Source of the DNA: an uncultured Candidatus Saccharibacteria bacterium
GTDB taxonomy: Bacteria > Patescibacteriota > Saccharimonadia > Saccharimonadales > AWTP1-31
Reading direction: 5' to 3'
Assembly (NCBI GenBank): GCA_964641545.1
Contig: CAZXLT010000001.1
Coordinates: forward strand, 84,218 to 148,217
DNA length: 64,000 bases
Shown here: piece by piece, positions 27,129 through 34,909 of the stretch
Layout of the letters: each line of letters opens with the position of its first letter
Position numbering within the stretch: the first letter of the stretch is position 1
Position numbers and translations under genes: made by a program
Notes under the pieces: model-generated
The model's input: the letters and a program-made list of their open reading frames with translations, nothing else
What the model was told of the DNA's origin: nothing
The model's database searches: none

Positions 27129-27563
27129 CTAGCCTTCGATCTCTACGCCCATGCTGCGCGCGGTACCAGCAACCATTTTCTTAACAGCTGGAATATCGTC
27201 AGTATTCATATCATGAGCTTTCGCTTCGGCGATTTCGGTTAATGCCTGGTCACTCAGTTTTTTTGGAATCTTTTCGCTGTTAGGCTTGCCCGAACCTTTT
27301 TTAATACCAAGTTTGGCACGGATCAAATCGTCGGTTGGTGCGCCGACTACACGGAACTCCATAGATCGGTCGTCGTAGATCACGATATGAGCTGTGACCG
27401 TTGCGCCCTGCATATCCTTAGTAGCCTCGTTAAACGGATTAATAAAGTCCATCATGTTGACTCCATACTGACCAAGTGTGCTACCAACCGGTGGTGCGGC
27501 ACTCGCACGACCAGCAGGAATTTTCATCTTCAGGTTAGCTTTAACCTGTTTTTTGTCTGCCAT
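27129..27563 (-). CDS. rplK: 50S ribosomal protein L11
   Basis: KMKIPAGRASAAPPVGSTLGQYGVNMMDFINPFN, typical of L11. Confidence 0.95.
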   Translation of the reverse strand: MADKKQVKANLKMKIPAGRASAAPPVGSTLGQYGVNMMDFINPFNEATKDMQGATVTAHIVIYDDRSMEFRVVGAPTDDLIRAKLGIKKGSGKPNSEKIPKKLSDQALTEIAEAKAHDMNTDDIPAVKKMVAGTARSMGVEIEG

Positions 27564-27634
27564 AGCTACTGTTCTCCATTAGTTGATTAGATTGCATTTG
27601 TCGGTGAAGCATCCGACATGTGCGTAACACAACG

Positions 27635-27663
27635 ATTATACTACAGCTTACCTCTGTTGTCCA
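27635..27663 (-). promoter_or_regulatory. Candidate promoter of the rplK-rplA unit (TGGACA-17 nt-TATAAT)
   Basis: On the - strand: -35 TGGACA (27663-27658) and a perfect -10 TATAAT (27640-27635), about 70 nt upstream of the rplK ATG and just downstream of a strong terminator. Confidence 0.5.
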
Positions 27664-27676
27664 CTAGTTTCACCTT

Positions 27677-27703
27677 AAAAAAAGAGCACCAACATGGTGC
27701 TCT
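27677..27703 (-). terminator. Rho-independent terminator after the 117-aa ORF
   Basis: On the - strand: AGAGCACC-ATGTT-GGTGCTCT (8-bp perfect stem) followed by TTTTTTT. Confidence 0.7.
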
Positions 27704-27725
27704 TTGAAAAAACTCAATGATTTTG

Positions 27726-28079
27726 TTAACCGCGGCGTCGTGCACCAAACACAATCAACGCGTCAGCTGCTAGAGTACCAGCTGCTAACGGAATTTCTGG
27801 AAGTGCTGGAGCGCTTGAAAGCTCACCTTGCTCGCCATCTGCGGTAACGACGCTAGTTGTTTCCCAAAAATAGTTGTTTACAACAGTTTCAGTGCCCCCG
27901 CCGGCTGTAGGTGTAGTGGTCACGCCATCATGCAAGCCGCGAATTCCTAATACAACGCCAGCTGTTAGCGCAAGAACACCTGCGCCTACCATTAGCCAGT
28001 TTGGTCCGTGGTTAGGGTTATGTTGTCGTGGTGCTTGGTTCGGTTGGGCTGGGCCCTGTGGGGGGAAAGGTTGTGTCAT
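27726..28079 (-). CDS. Small membrane/surface protein (117 aa) with an N-terminal anchor and a C-terminal tripartite sorting-signal-like tail
   Basis: P/Q/N-rich N-terminus, then TM segment WLMVGAGVLALTAGVVLGI. The C-terminus is LPEIP-LAAGTLAADALIVFGA-RRRG: a motif, a hydrophobic stretch and a basic tail. Confidence 0.5.
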   Translation of the reverse strand: MTQPFPPQGPAQPNQAPRQHNPNHGPNWLMVGAGVLALTAGVVLGIRGLHDGVTTTPTAGGGTETVVNNYFWETTSVVTADGEQGELSSAPALPEIPLAAGTLAADALIVFGARRRG

Positions 28080-28114
28080 ATCTTATAAACTCCTTACAAA
28101 ACTTTAAGAGCTAT

Positions 28115-28143
28115 ATATTAACAAAAATAAGCATTATTGTCAA
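28115..28143 (-). promoter_or_regulatory. Near-consensus sigma70 promoter (TTGACA-17 nt-TAATAT) with a palindrome over the -35
   Basis: On the - strand: -35 TTGACA (28143-28138) and -10 TAATAT (28120-28115). The inverted repeat CATTATTG-T-CAATAATG (28132-28148) is centred on the -35 hexamer. Confidence 0.55.
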
Positions 28144-28174
28144 TAATGTTTCTAAAGAAGTTTTTACGCTTACG

Positions 28175-28717
28175 CTACACTCGTTTTACTTGCAAACCAT
28201 CTAGTTCTACCGGTGTTTCGCGACCAAACATGTTGACCAAGACCTTTAGCTTGCCTTTAGCTGCGTCAATCTCGTTAATAGAACCATCGAAACCTTTGAA
28301 TGGTCCATCAATGATATTGACCACTTCACCTTCTTTGAAGTCGATATTGTGCTTCGGTTGGCTTAGCCCCATGCGCTTGTTGATCTTGTCCATTTCGTCC
28401 TGGCTAACGGGTGTAGGATCCGTGCCGCTACCGACAAATCCGGTTACTGATGGAGTGTTACGCACAATGTACCAGGCATCTTCGCTCAGTTTCATTTCCA
28501 CCAGCACATAGCCCTGGAAGATACGCTTTTCAACGACTTTTCGTTTGCCGTTCTTGATCTCGATCATTTTTTCTTTTGGTACCAATACCTGAAAGATTTT
28601 ATCTTTCATATCTAGCGAGTCAGCGCGCTGGCGAATACTCTCTGCCACTTTTTCTTCATAACCACTGTAGGTGTGGATGGCGTACCATTGTTTGCTGGTG
28701 TCATATCGTTTTGTCAT
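28175..28717 (-). CDS. nusG: Transcription termination/antitermination factor NusG
   Basis: WYAIHTYSGYEEKV (NGN domain) and KOW motif GEVVNIIDGPFKGFDGSINEID. Confidence 0.95.
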   Translation of the reverse strand: MTKRYDTSKQWYAIHTYSGYEEKVAESIRQRADSLDMKDKIFQVLVPKEKMIEIKNGKRKVVEKRIFQGYVLVEMKLSEDAWYIVRNTPSVTGFVGSGTDPTPVSQDEMDKINKRMGLSQPKHNIDFKEGEVVNIIDGPFKGFDGSINEIDAAKGKLKVLVNMFGRETPVELDGLQVKRV

Positions 28718-28735
28718 TGTTACTCCTGATTGATC

Positions 28736-29149
28736 CTAGTTTAGTAATAGCTGTTTAAATACTTTGTCGAGTCCGTAGTCTACCACTGTAATCAGTGTGC
28801 TAAAAACTATGGCAAACACAAATACGGCTGTTGTAAGTTGGCGGGTTTCTCGACGCGTTGGCCAGGTTACCTGGCGAACCTCTCGCCAAGAGTTCCGAAC
28901 GTACGAGAGTAACAAAATGCTTGCCAGAACTCGGCCAATAAAGCGAACGGGACGGGTTTTAAACGGCCAAAGCAAGAAACGCAGGGGTCGAAACAGTCTT
29001 GCGACTGCGAGTACTGCGGTTTTTGCAGGAGTTGCCGCTTTTGTTGCGGCAGCTCGTAATCGACGCGGTTTGGCAGCTTTTTTGCTGGCAGTTTGCGTTT
29101 TTGTTCGCACTGTTTCGGCTGGTTTTCGCATTCGTGGTGCTTTTGGCAC
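28736..29149 (-). CDS. secE: Preprotein translocase subunit SecE with a long basic N-terminal extension (GTG start)
   Basis: C-terminal WREVRQVTWPTRRETRQLTTAVFVFAIVFSTLITVVDYGL is the canonical SecE TM region. AGGAG lies 6 nt before the GTG. Confidence 0.85.
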   Translation of the reverse strand: MPKAPRMRKPAETVRTKTQTASKKAAKPRRLRAAATKAATPAKTAVLAVARLFRPLRFLLWPFKTRPVRFIGRVLASILLLSYVRNSWREVRQVTWPTRRETRQLTTAVFVFAIVFSTLITVVDYGLDKVFKQLLLN

Positions 29150-29177
29150 AAATTGCTCCTGAAACTTACACTAAATT

Positions 29178-29203
29178 AAAAAACCCTAGCATGATGCTTG
29201 GGG
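29178..29203 (-). terminator. Rho-independent terminator between the histidine kinase gene and secE
   Basis: On the - strand: CCCCAAGCAT-C-ATGCTAGGG (one mismatch) followed by TTTTTT. Confidence 0.55.
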
Positions 29204-29246
29204 TCAATATGTCAAGCATACTACAGCAACTACAGAGGTGTCAACG

Positions 29247-30428
29247 TTATGATTTGCTGGGCTTTTCTTCTGTCGTTGCATCTCCGGTCGCCTTTTTAGC
29301 TAGGTTAGGTACATAAATTCTGAATGTTGAACCCTTGTTTAGTTCACTTTCCAGATCAATTCTAGCTTTAATCAGCTTAGTCAGCTTAGCTGTTACGTAC
29401 AAGCCGAGACCAGTTCCGCCGCTTTCTCGTGTTCTAAAATCTTCCGATCGAAAGAACTTATCGAACACTTTTTCTTGGTCGCCGCGGCTAATGCCAATAC
29501 CTGTGTCTCGTACCTCGAACAGAACACCTTTGTCTTGGGGTTTTGCCGACAAAGTCACACTCCCTTTTTGCGTGTATTTTATTGCGTTGGTAATAAAGTT
29601 CTGTAGAATTTCATGCACGTACAGTTTGCTGCTGTAGAGCAGTTCAAGTGTTTTATCTATTTCGGTGTGCATTTGTAGCCCTTTGGTTTCGGCCTGAGTT
29701 TTATAGCCGTCGCCAAGTTCGGTGACCAGATCATGCACGTTGATATCTTCAGCCTCTATGGCCAAACTGCCTCGCTCGGCGCGCGACAACATTGAAAGAT
29801 CGTTAATCATGCCAGACAAAAAGGCTACCTGATCGTATGCTTGTTTAACCGTCTGGGCTATTTCTGGAATATTTTTGTGTTTTTCGATAATGAACTTGGC
29901 GTTACTCAAGTTCCCTTCGGCAATGGCAATTGGCGTGCGTAGCTCATGGCTAACCACACTAATAAACTCATCTCGCTCTTCTTCCAAAGACTTTTCGTGC
30001 GTGATATCGCGAAGCACCACCACATAACCTTGGTCGGCATTTTTTCCATAGCCCAAATGCACCGGCGCAATGCTGATATACAGGTTAATAAGGCTGTCGT
30101 CGTCGTACTCGAGCCGATAATCGCGTGAAACAAACGATGTTTTGGTTTTTTTCAGAAGATCATGCAGGTCGACTTTCTTCTTGTTTTTATCGGTGAGCTT
30201 GAACACCTTGGCAAGATCCATACCCTGTTGCAAGGTGTTAATGTCAAGAATATTAAGGGCCGCGCCGTTGTACACGACTACCTTCAGGTCGTTATCAACC
30301 GCAATGACTCCGTCCGCCATACTGTTGATAAGGCTTGTTAGGCGTTCGCGCTCCAGGTTTGCAGCTATTGGCGCCGATGCAGGCGTCTCGGTTTTTTTGG
30401 CGGGTTTTTTCACACTTTTTGTAGGCAT
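29247..30428 (-). CDS. Cytoplasmic PAS-domain sensor histidine kinase (no adjacent response regulator)
   Basis: PAS-like region LINSMADGVIAVDNDLKVVVYNGAA, H-box SHELRTPIA, N-box ILQNFITNAIKY, G-boxes DTGIGI and GGTGLGLYV. No TM segment. ATG 30428 is preferred over the track TTG at 30446. Confidence 0.85.
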   Translation of the reverse strand: MPTKSVKKPAKKTETPASAPIAANLERERLTSLINSMADGVIAVDNDLKVVVYNGAALNILDINTLQQGMDLAKVFKLTDKNKKKVDLHDLLKKTKTSFVSRDYRLEYDDDSLINLYISIAPVHLGYGKNADQGYVVVLRDITHEKSLEEERDEFISVVSHELRTPIAIAEGNLSNAKFIIEKHKNIPEIAQTVKQAYDQVAFLSGMINDLSMLSRAERGSLAIEAEDINVHDLVTELGDGYKTQAETKGLQMHTEIDKTLELLYSSKLYVHEILQNFITNAIKYTQKGSVTLSAKPQDKGVLFEVRDTGIGISRGDQEKVFDKFFRSEDFRTRESGGTGLGLYVTAKLTKLIKARIDLESELNKGSTFRIYVPNLAKKATGDATTEEKPSKS

Positions 30429-30463
30429 AACCGTATTATGCCACAAACATACTTCAAAGCCTG

Positions 30464-31159
30464 TTAAAAAGACGGTTTATAGGCTCGCATTTGCGTGCGT
30501 CGCTTACGCGCATCAGGCATAGCAGCCTCGAACTCTGCCCAAAAATCGGCACCGTGATGCAGATGTTTGGTGTGACACAGTTCGTGAACCAACACATAGT
30601 CAATAAGTGACCACGGCAACTGCATGAGGAAAAGATTCAGAGTAATATCTGCCTTGCTCGAGCAGCTTCCCCACCGTGCTTTGAGTTGCCGGATAGATAT
30701 GGAGTTGCACTCAAAACCGTGTTCCGCGGCAAGGTCTCGAATACGAGGCGGCAACAGCTCCTCGGCCTCGGTTCTGAGCGCGCGCATGGCACCGCGCTGA
30801 GCGGTTTTTTGAGTAATTGGATCTGAATAGTCACGTTGCACAGGGTGTGTAACAGTAATTTCTTGATTGCGAATCTGAACATTTGGCGTGTCGGTACCTG
30901 GTTTAGCAACAAAGTATAGGCTGTGATTCTTGCCGATCGTTTGACCGGGTTCGAGCATTCCCGGGCTGTGACGGTGTTCATGTATCCAGTCCTTCCTAGA
31001 CAGTGCGAACTGAATTGCTACCTGATAGGGCGCCCACGTTGGCAAGCTTACTCGAATTGCACCACTTGGTTGCAGGCTGATTTTAACTGAACGAGACCGG
31101 CGATTCTTGACCAGTTCAACCGGTCCAATGTCGGGCAGCTCCACCGTTTTTGTAGGCAT
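30464..31159 (-). CDS. DUF45/YgjP-like (M48-related) zinc metallohydrolase
   Basis: C-terminal HELCHTKHLHH (HExxH) preceded by RWGSCS, characteristic of the YgjP/DUF45 family. Confidence 0.75.
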   Translation of the reverse strand: MPTKTVELPDIGPVELVKNRRSRSVKISLQPSGAIRVSLPTWAPYQVAIQFALSRKDWIHEHRHSPGMLEPGQTIGKNHSLYFVAKPGTDTPNVQIRNQEITVTHPVQRDYSDPITQKTAQRGAMRALRTEAEELLPPRIRDLAAEHGFECNSISIRQLKARWGSCSSKADITLNLFLMQLPWSLIDYVLVHELCHTKHLHHGADFWAEFEAAMPDARKRRTQMRAYKPSF

Positions 31160-31164
31160 AATAA

Positions 31165-31824
31165 TTAGCGAATTAAAATATTGCGGCGCGAAGTGTCAAC
31201 GCGACCAGCAATAGGTGTTGGCACCAAGTTTACAAGTTCGGGCTTTACAACATTGGCGGTGGTTGTGGTAGTTGTAATAACGCCCGCTTCATAAAGTTTT
31301 TTAATGATCGCGCTGCGCTGAGTGTTGAAGGTATGCTTGCCGCTGATGACAATGTGTTCTTCTTCCTTAGGGTTTTGCATACTGTTTAGCACGGCATCAA
31401 ATGCTTTTCGGTCGTAGTCGCGTGCATGTTTATCGTCTTGTGTTCGGCGATCGCGCCGACCGAGTCGTGCAAAGGCACTTTCGGCATCGATTTGTAGCCA
31501 GATTAATAGCGGATGGGCCTTGGCCTTTCGTACAATATTGCGAAGCTCTCGTCGATCTGCCAGCTTATTGACATTGTTGTCAAACACTACGCTTACGCCT
31601 GCTTTCAGAAACTCCTCGGTCATGTAGAGCATAAGATGTTCTACGAGTTGGTCTTCTTCGCTATCGAACCGTGGCTGAGTAAATAGCTCGCCACGTATAC
31701 GGTCTGCATGCAAGTGGGCTGCATGCAAAGTCTCGCTGAGTTGACGTGCCACATGTGTTTTACCGGCTCCTGGATACCCATAGAGCATAATAAACAAGGG
31801 TTTCAGCGTGGTCACTTTAGTCAT
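31165..31824 (-). CDS. P-loop kinase/ATPase (AAA_33 / zeta-toxin-like fold) with a poly-Thr linker and a C-terminal tail
   Basis: Walker A GYPGAGKTH with a downstream DNN (VVFDNNV) motif. TTTTTT run near residue 190. Confidence 0.6.
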   Translation of the reverse strand: MTKVTTLKPLFIMLYGYPGAGKTHVARQLSETLHAAHLHADRIRGELFTQPRFDSEEDQLVEHLMLYMTEEFLKAGVSVVFDNNVNKLADRRELRNIVRKAKAHPLLIWLQIDAESAFARLGRRDRRTQDDKHARDYDRKAFDAVLNSMQNPKEEEHIVISGKHTFNTQRSAIIKKLYEAGVITTTTTTANVVKPELVNLVPTPIAGRVDTSRRNILIR

Positions 31825-31832
31825 GTAATACT

Positions 31833-31854
31833 ATTGTATATCAGAATATACAAT
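31833..31854. promoter_or_regulatory. Perfect 9-bp inverted repeat (ATTGTATAT-CAGA-ATATACAAT) in the divergent kinase / tRNA-Trp control region
   Basis: Read directly from the sequence. It begins 9 nt upstream of the ATG at 31824. Confidence 0.3.
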
Positions 31855-31872
31855 TTCTGAAAAGGGCTGGTC

Positions 31873-31901
31873 GTGACATTAACACTTTAATACATTATTA
31901 T
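31873..31901 (+). promoter_or_regulatory. Candidate tRNA-Trp promoter (GTGACA-17 nt-TATTAT)
   Basis: Hexamers at 31873-31878 and 31896-31901, about 27 nt upstream of the mature tRNA 5' end. Confidence 0.4.
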
Positions 31902-31928
31902 ATGATCTGTTACGGTCTCGGCTAACGA

Positions 31929-32003
31929 AGGGGCATAGTACAACGGCTAGTATAAAGGTCTCCAAAACCTTAGATCGTGGTTCGATTCCACGTGCCCCTG
32001 CCA
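31929..32003 (+). tRNA. tRNA-Trp (anticodon CCA), CCA encoded
   Basis: Acceptor AGGGGCA/TGCCCCT, anticodon stem AAGGT/ACCTT with loop CTCCAAA, T arm CGTGG-TTCGATT-CCACG, discriminator G, CCA. Confidence 0.9.
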
Positions 32004-32012
32004 TACAGGACA

Positions 32013-32037
32013 AGCGAGCATTTTAGGCTCGTTTTTG
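32013..32037 (+). terminator. Terminator after tRNA-Trp
   Basis: CGAGC-ATTTTAG-GCTCG hairpin followed by TTTTTG. Confidence 0.45.
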
Positions 32038-32123
32038 TTGTTTTTCGCCCCTGTAATTCAAATAAGATTATGCGGTTCGATTAATGCATTTATGAAAACG
32101 GCTGATTCTATCTAAAATTGAAC

Positions 32124-33362
32124 TTATTCGTTGACCAATCGCTTTTTATTTTTGCTTTGTTTTTCTAAGAATGACTTAAGATCGCCCTCAATGAACTGGC
32201 TTGGTTTCCATCCTAGCTTTAACTTATCTAACAAGAAGGTATCACCGGCACTTAGAATTGCGGTCAGCCCGGTTGCAATACCTGGATTAGGAATAAACAT
32301 ATTAGAGCTAATGTCAAAACCTATTGCAAGCGCCCACCTAACTGACTTTGCAGGTAGCCTCTCAACCCATGTTTTTTCCATTGACATTCGGTAGTAATCT
32401 CTCAACAAGGTCGTATCATTTCCGTCTATTCCTTTTAAATATGACTTATATTTTCGAGACTTTACAAGCACTGGTATGAAGTCATTAAATAATCTAGGAT
32501 CTTTATTTATTGCTTCCCTGATTGCATTTGCCTCTAGTAGAGTCATTTCTTGAAATAATCGTAGATCTTGTCCACTCTTTATGCTTTTCTTTAAGATGTT
32601 ATTTAGTTTTAGTTGAATAATCTCTGAATCTATTATGTCAGGTGCAAGCTCACTACCTTCTACTCCGGCAATATTCAACATAGACCTGACTCGTGCAATA
32701 TCGACCAAAATACCTGCTGGTGTTACTTTTACGTCATCCAATCTTTGTTTTTGGGGAAATAGCTTCGAAGCAAGCTCAAAATCAATGTTGCTTTTTACTG
32801 TATATGAATGATTGTTTCCAGGTATGCTCGTTAATGAAAATGTTATTGGTTCATTCTGTGGATAATCAGGAATGCAGTTCTTTAGATATGATCTAGCTGC
32901 AATATTTATATAAGTTTCATCATTAAAATCATCATATACCCCTGAAAGTGGTTTGACTTTCTCCCAATCGAACAGTTCAATGCTACGAATTGCTCTCTGC
33001 GCATTCCTCCTTCCCTTACCGCTCTTGCCGGTTATTTCAACAAAAGTTTTGGGAGCAATAACCTCTATGGATAAGGCGGGTGCAGTGAACTGGACGGGAC
33101 TCATTACTTGCAGGCCATTTGCGTCTTCATTTGTCTTTATTGCTACTTGCCCATCTTGATACACAAGCCTTAGGAAGCCTTCTTCCATTAGTCTGATGAG
33201 AATATCAGTTCCGATCAACCTTGTAAGTTCCTTGAACGCACTAGCATCAGCTACAATCGTGACCTTTTGATAAAATATCATCGCTTCTGCAATTAGACCG
33301 AGATTGATATGTGCTTTTTGTCCAAAGCGCGTATTCGATAATATAGTTATAGATTCTAACAT
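32124..33362 (-). CDS. Hypothetical protein (412 aa), orphan, visibly AT-rich gene
   Basis: Uninterrupted 1.2-kb ORF. By eye its composition is clearly more AT-rich than the flanking genes. No SD-like sequence within 15 nt of the ATG. No recognised motif. Confidence 0.6.
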   Translation of the reverse strand: MLESITILSNTRFGQKAHINLGLIAEAMIFYQKVTIVADASAFKELTRLIGTDILIRLMEEGFLRLVYQDGQVAIKTNEDANGLQVMSPVQFTAPALSIEVIAPKTFVEITGKSGKGRRNAQRAIRSIELFDWEKVKPLSGVYDDFNDETYINIAARSYLKNCIPDYPQNEPITFSLTSIPGNNHSYTVKSNIDFELASKLFPQKQRLDDVKVTPAGILVDIARVRSMLNIAGVEGSELAPDIIDSEIIQLKLNNILKKSIKSGQDLRLFQEMTLLEANAIREAINKDPRLFNDFIPVLVKSRKYKSYLKGIDGNDTTLLRDYYRMSMEKTWVERLPAKSVRWALAIGFDISSNMFIPNPGIATGLTAILSAGDTFLLDKLKLGWKPSQFIEGDLKSFLEKQSKNKKRLVNE

Positions 33363-33420
33363 CTAATACATGATACTACTCCGAGTGGACAGTAAGTTAT
33401 CTCAAAGTACAAAGCATCTT

Positions 33421-33455
33421 AGGGAAAATGCGTTCGATTCCCATGTTTCCTGCCA
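33421..33455 (+). other. tRNA 3'-half-like minihelix (acceptor-like stem + T arm + GCCA), possible tRNA remnant / att-like repeat
   Basis: AGGGAAA-ATGCG-TTCGATT-CCCAT-GTTTCCT-G-CCA. It has the canonical T loop GTTCGATTCC, a T stem with 4/5 pairs, a flanking 7-nt stem with 6/7 pairs, and a terminal GCCA. It has no D or anticodon arms, and it is in the same orientation as tRNA-Trp. Confidence 0.35.
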
Positions 33456-33470
33456 AAAAACTTATAGATT

Positions 33471-33731
33471 TTACGATAAATACTTTGCAGTAACGTGCTG
33501 CATATTTATGCCATTAGTTAGGTTGGTAAAACCAAGCTGTCTGAGCATTTGGATCGCAACGGTTGAGCGACTACCCGAAAGGCAGTACACGACTAGTTCG
33601 GTGTCTTTTGCAATGCCGTCAAGCTGGTGTGCACCATCTAAAAGCTTTGCCGGCGGAATGTTGAGTGCGCCACTTACATGTCCTGTTGCAAACTCAGAAG
33701 GTTCACGTACATCAATGAATAATTGCTTCAT
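33471..33731 (-). CDS. Single-domain rhodanese-like sulfurtransferase
   Basis: IDVREPSEFATGHV and active-site loop YCLSGSRS. Confidence 0.8.
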   Translation of the reverse strand: MKQLFIDVREPSEFATGHVSGALNIPPAKLLDGAHQLDGIAKDTELVVYCLSGSRSTVAIQMLRQLGFTNLTNGINMQHVTAKYLS

Positions 33732-34909
33732 AAAAGTTGTTGTGCCTGCTGTGCCATTTCACTCATCTCGTCGGTACTAATAGCATACACCGAAACTGGG
33801 TTACCGCTGTGGCTTATTCGATGCATAGAGTCATACTGGACTTTTTTTGAGTTACGATCCGGGTCTAGGTCTACCCCCAGGAATGATAATTTAGTAATGA
33901 TGCGCTTACGCACAATTGATGATCGTTCGCCGATTGTGCCAGTAAAGATGAGCGCGTCAACTCCACCAAGTGCAGCACTCATTTGACCGATTGCCTGCTG
34001 AACGTGATATACATACATTGCGAGCGCTAAACGCGCATTGTCGTTCCCGCTCTTTTCGTGCAGCAATAATTCGCGAATATCTGAAGATACACCGCTTATT
34101 CCTAATAATCCACTTTTGTGGTTCAGATAATCTTCTACCTTTGTTGTGGTGAGTTTGAGTCCACTCTGTAATATGTGTGCTGCCATAGGGTCGATGCTAC
34201 CACTGCGAGTTGCCATGATGAGCCCTTCGAGTGGCGAAAAACCCATGGTTGTATCTATGCTTTTTCCGTGCTGCACGGCCGTAACACTGCTGCCGCTACC
34301 AAGGTGGCACACTATCGCACGTTCTGGCAGCGAATGGTAGGCTTTTAGCTTACTAATAACTGATTTTACCGATAAGCCGTGGTAACCGTACCGTTGCAGA
34401 CCGAGTTTTTGCGCATCTGGCACAGGGATGCCGTAGAGGTTGGCGTGATCGGGCATAGAAACATGAAAAGCGCTGTCTGATATTCCTGCCAAACGAGTGT
34501 GTGGTATGTACTTCTCGAGTAGGTCAATTTCCTGCAGCGTTGCACTGATGTGTAGCGGCGCAATACTTTCTAGTGATCTGAGGTGTTTTAGGGCTACTGC
34601 ATCAAGGACGCGGTGTTGCTGAAAATATGGCGAGGGCGCAACAATCCTTACGCAAATTCCCTGAATATCATCTACGGAAGTCAATAGCTGATTATTTAGT
34701 AAAATTTCACCAACCTTGCTCAAAGCGAATGTAACGTGACTAATACCAGCTGGTTGCGGCGGTGAACCATTAAGCCCATACACCACTTGCCCGTTTTCTA
34801 CTTCGAAATGAAGATCAGCGGTTTTTTGACCATCCTTAAATAGTCCATACTTTCGGCTGGCGCTGCCTGGGTTTGCGACGAGTAGTAATGACTTGCTCAT
34901 ACTCGCCAT
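33728..34909 (-). CDS. ackA: Acetate kinase
   Basis: [18 protein letters not shown]-terminus, YGYHGLS, and HLGSGSS, typical of AckA. Confidence 0.9.
   Translation of the reverse strand: MASMSKSLLLVANPGSASRKYGLFKDGQKTADLHFEVENGQVVYGLNGSPPQPAGISHVTFALSKVGEILLNNQLLTSVDDIQGICVRIVAPSPYFQQHRVLDAVALKHLRSLESIAPLHISATLQEIDLLEKYIPHTRLAGISDSAFHVSMPDHANLYGIPVPDAQKLGLQRYGYHGLSVKSVISKLKAYHSLPERAIVCHLGSGSSVTAVQHGKSIDTTMGFSPLEGLIMATRSGSIDPMAAHILQSGLKLTTTKVEDYLNHKSGLLGISGVSSDIRELLLHEKSGNDNARLALAMYVYHVQQAIGQMSAALGGVDALIFTGTIGERSSIVRKRIITKLSFLGVDLDPDRNSKKVQYDSMHRISHSGNPVSVYAISTDEMSEMAQQAQQLL

Noticed and set aside
30414-30433. A 14-nt identical string, TATGCCTACAAAAA (encoding MPTK), occurs at the starts of both the histidine kinase (about 30428) and the DUF45 gene (about 31159).
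   Set aside because: A rough estimate suggests that several chance 14-mer repeats are expected in 64 kb. Similarity does not extend beyond the 14-15 nt. I do not treat it as a repeat element.
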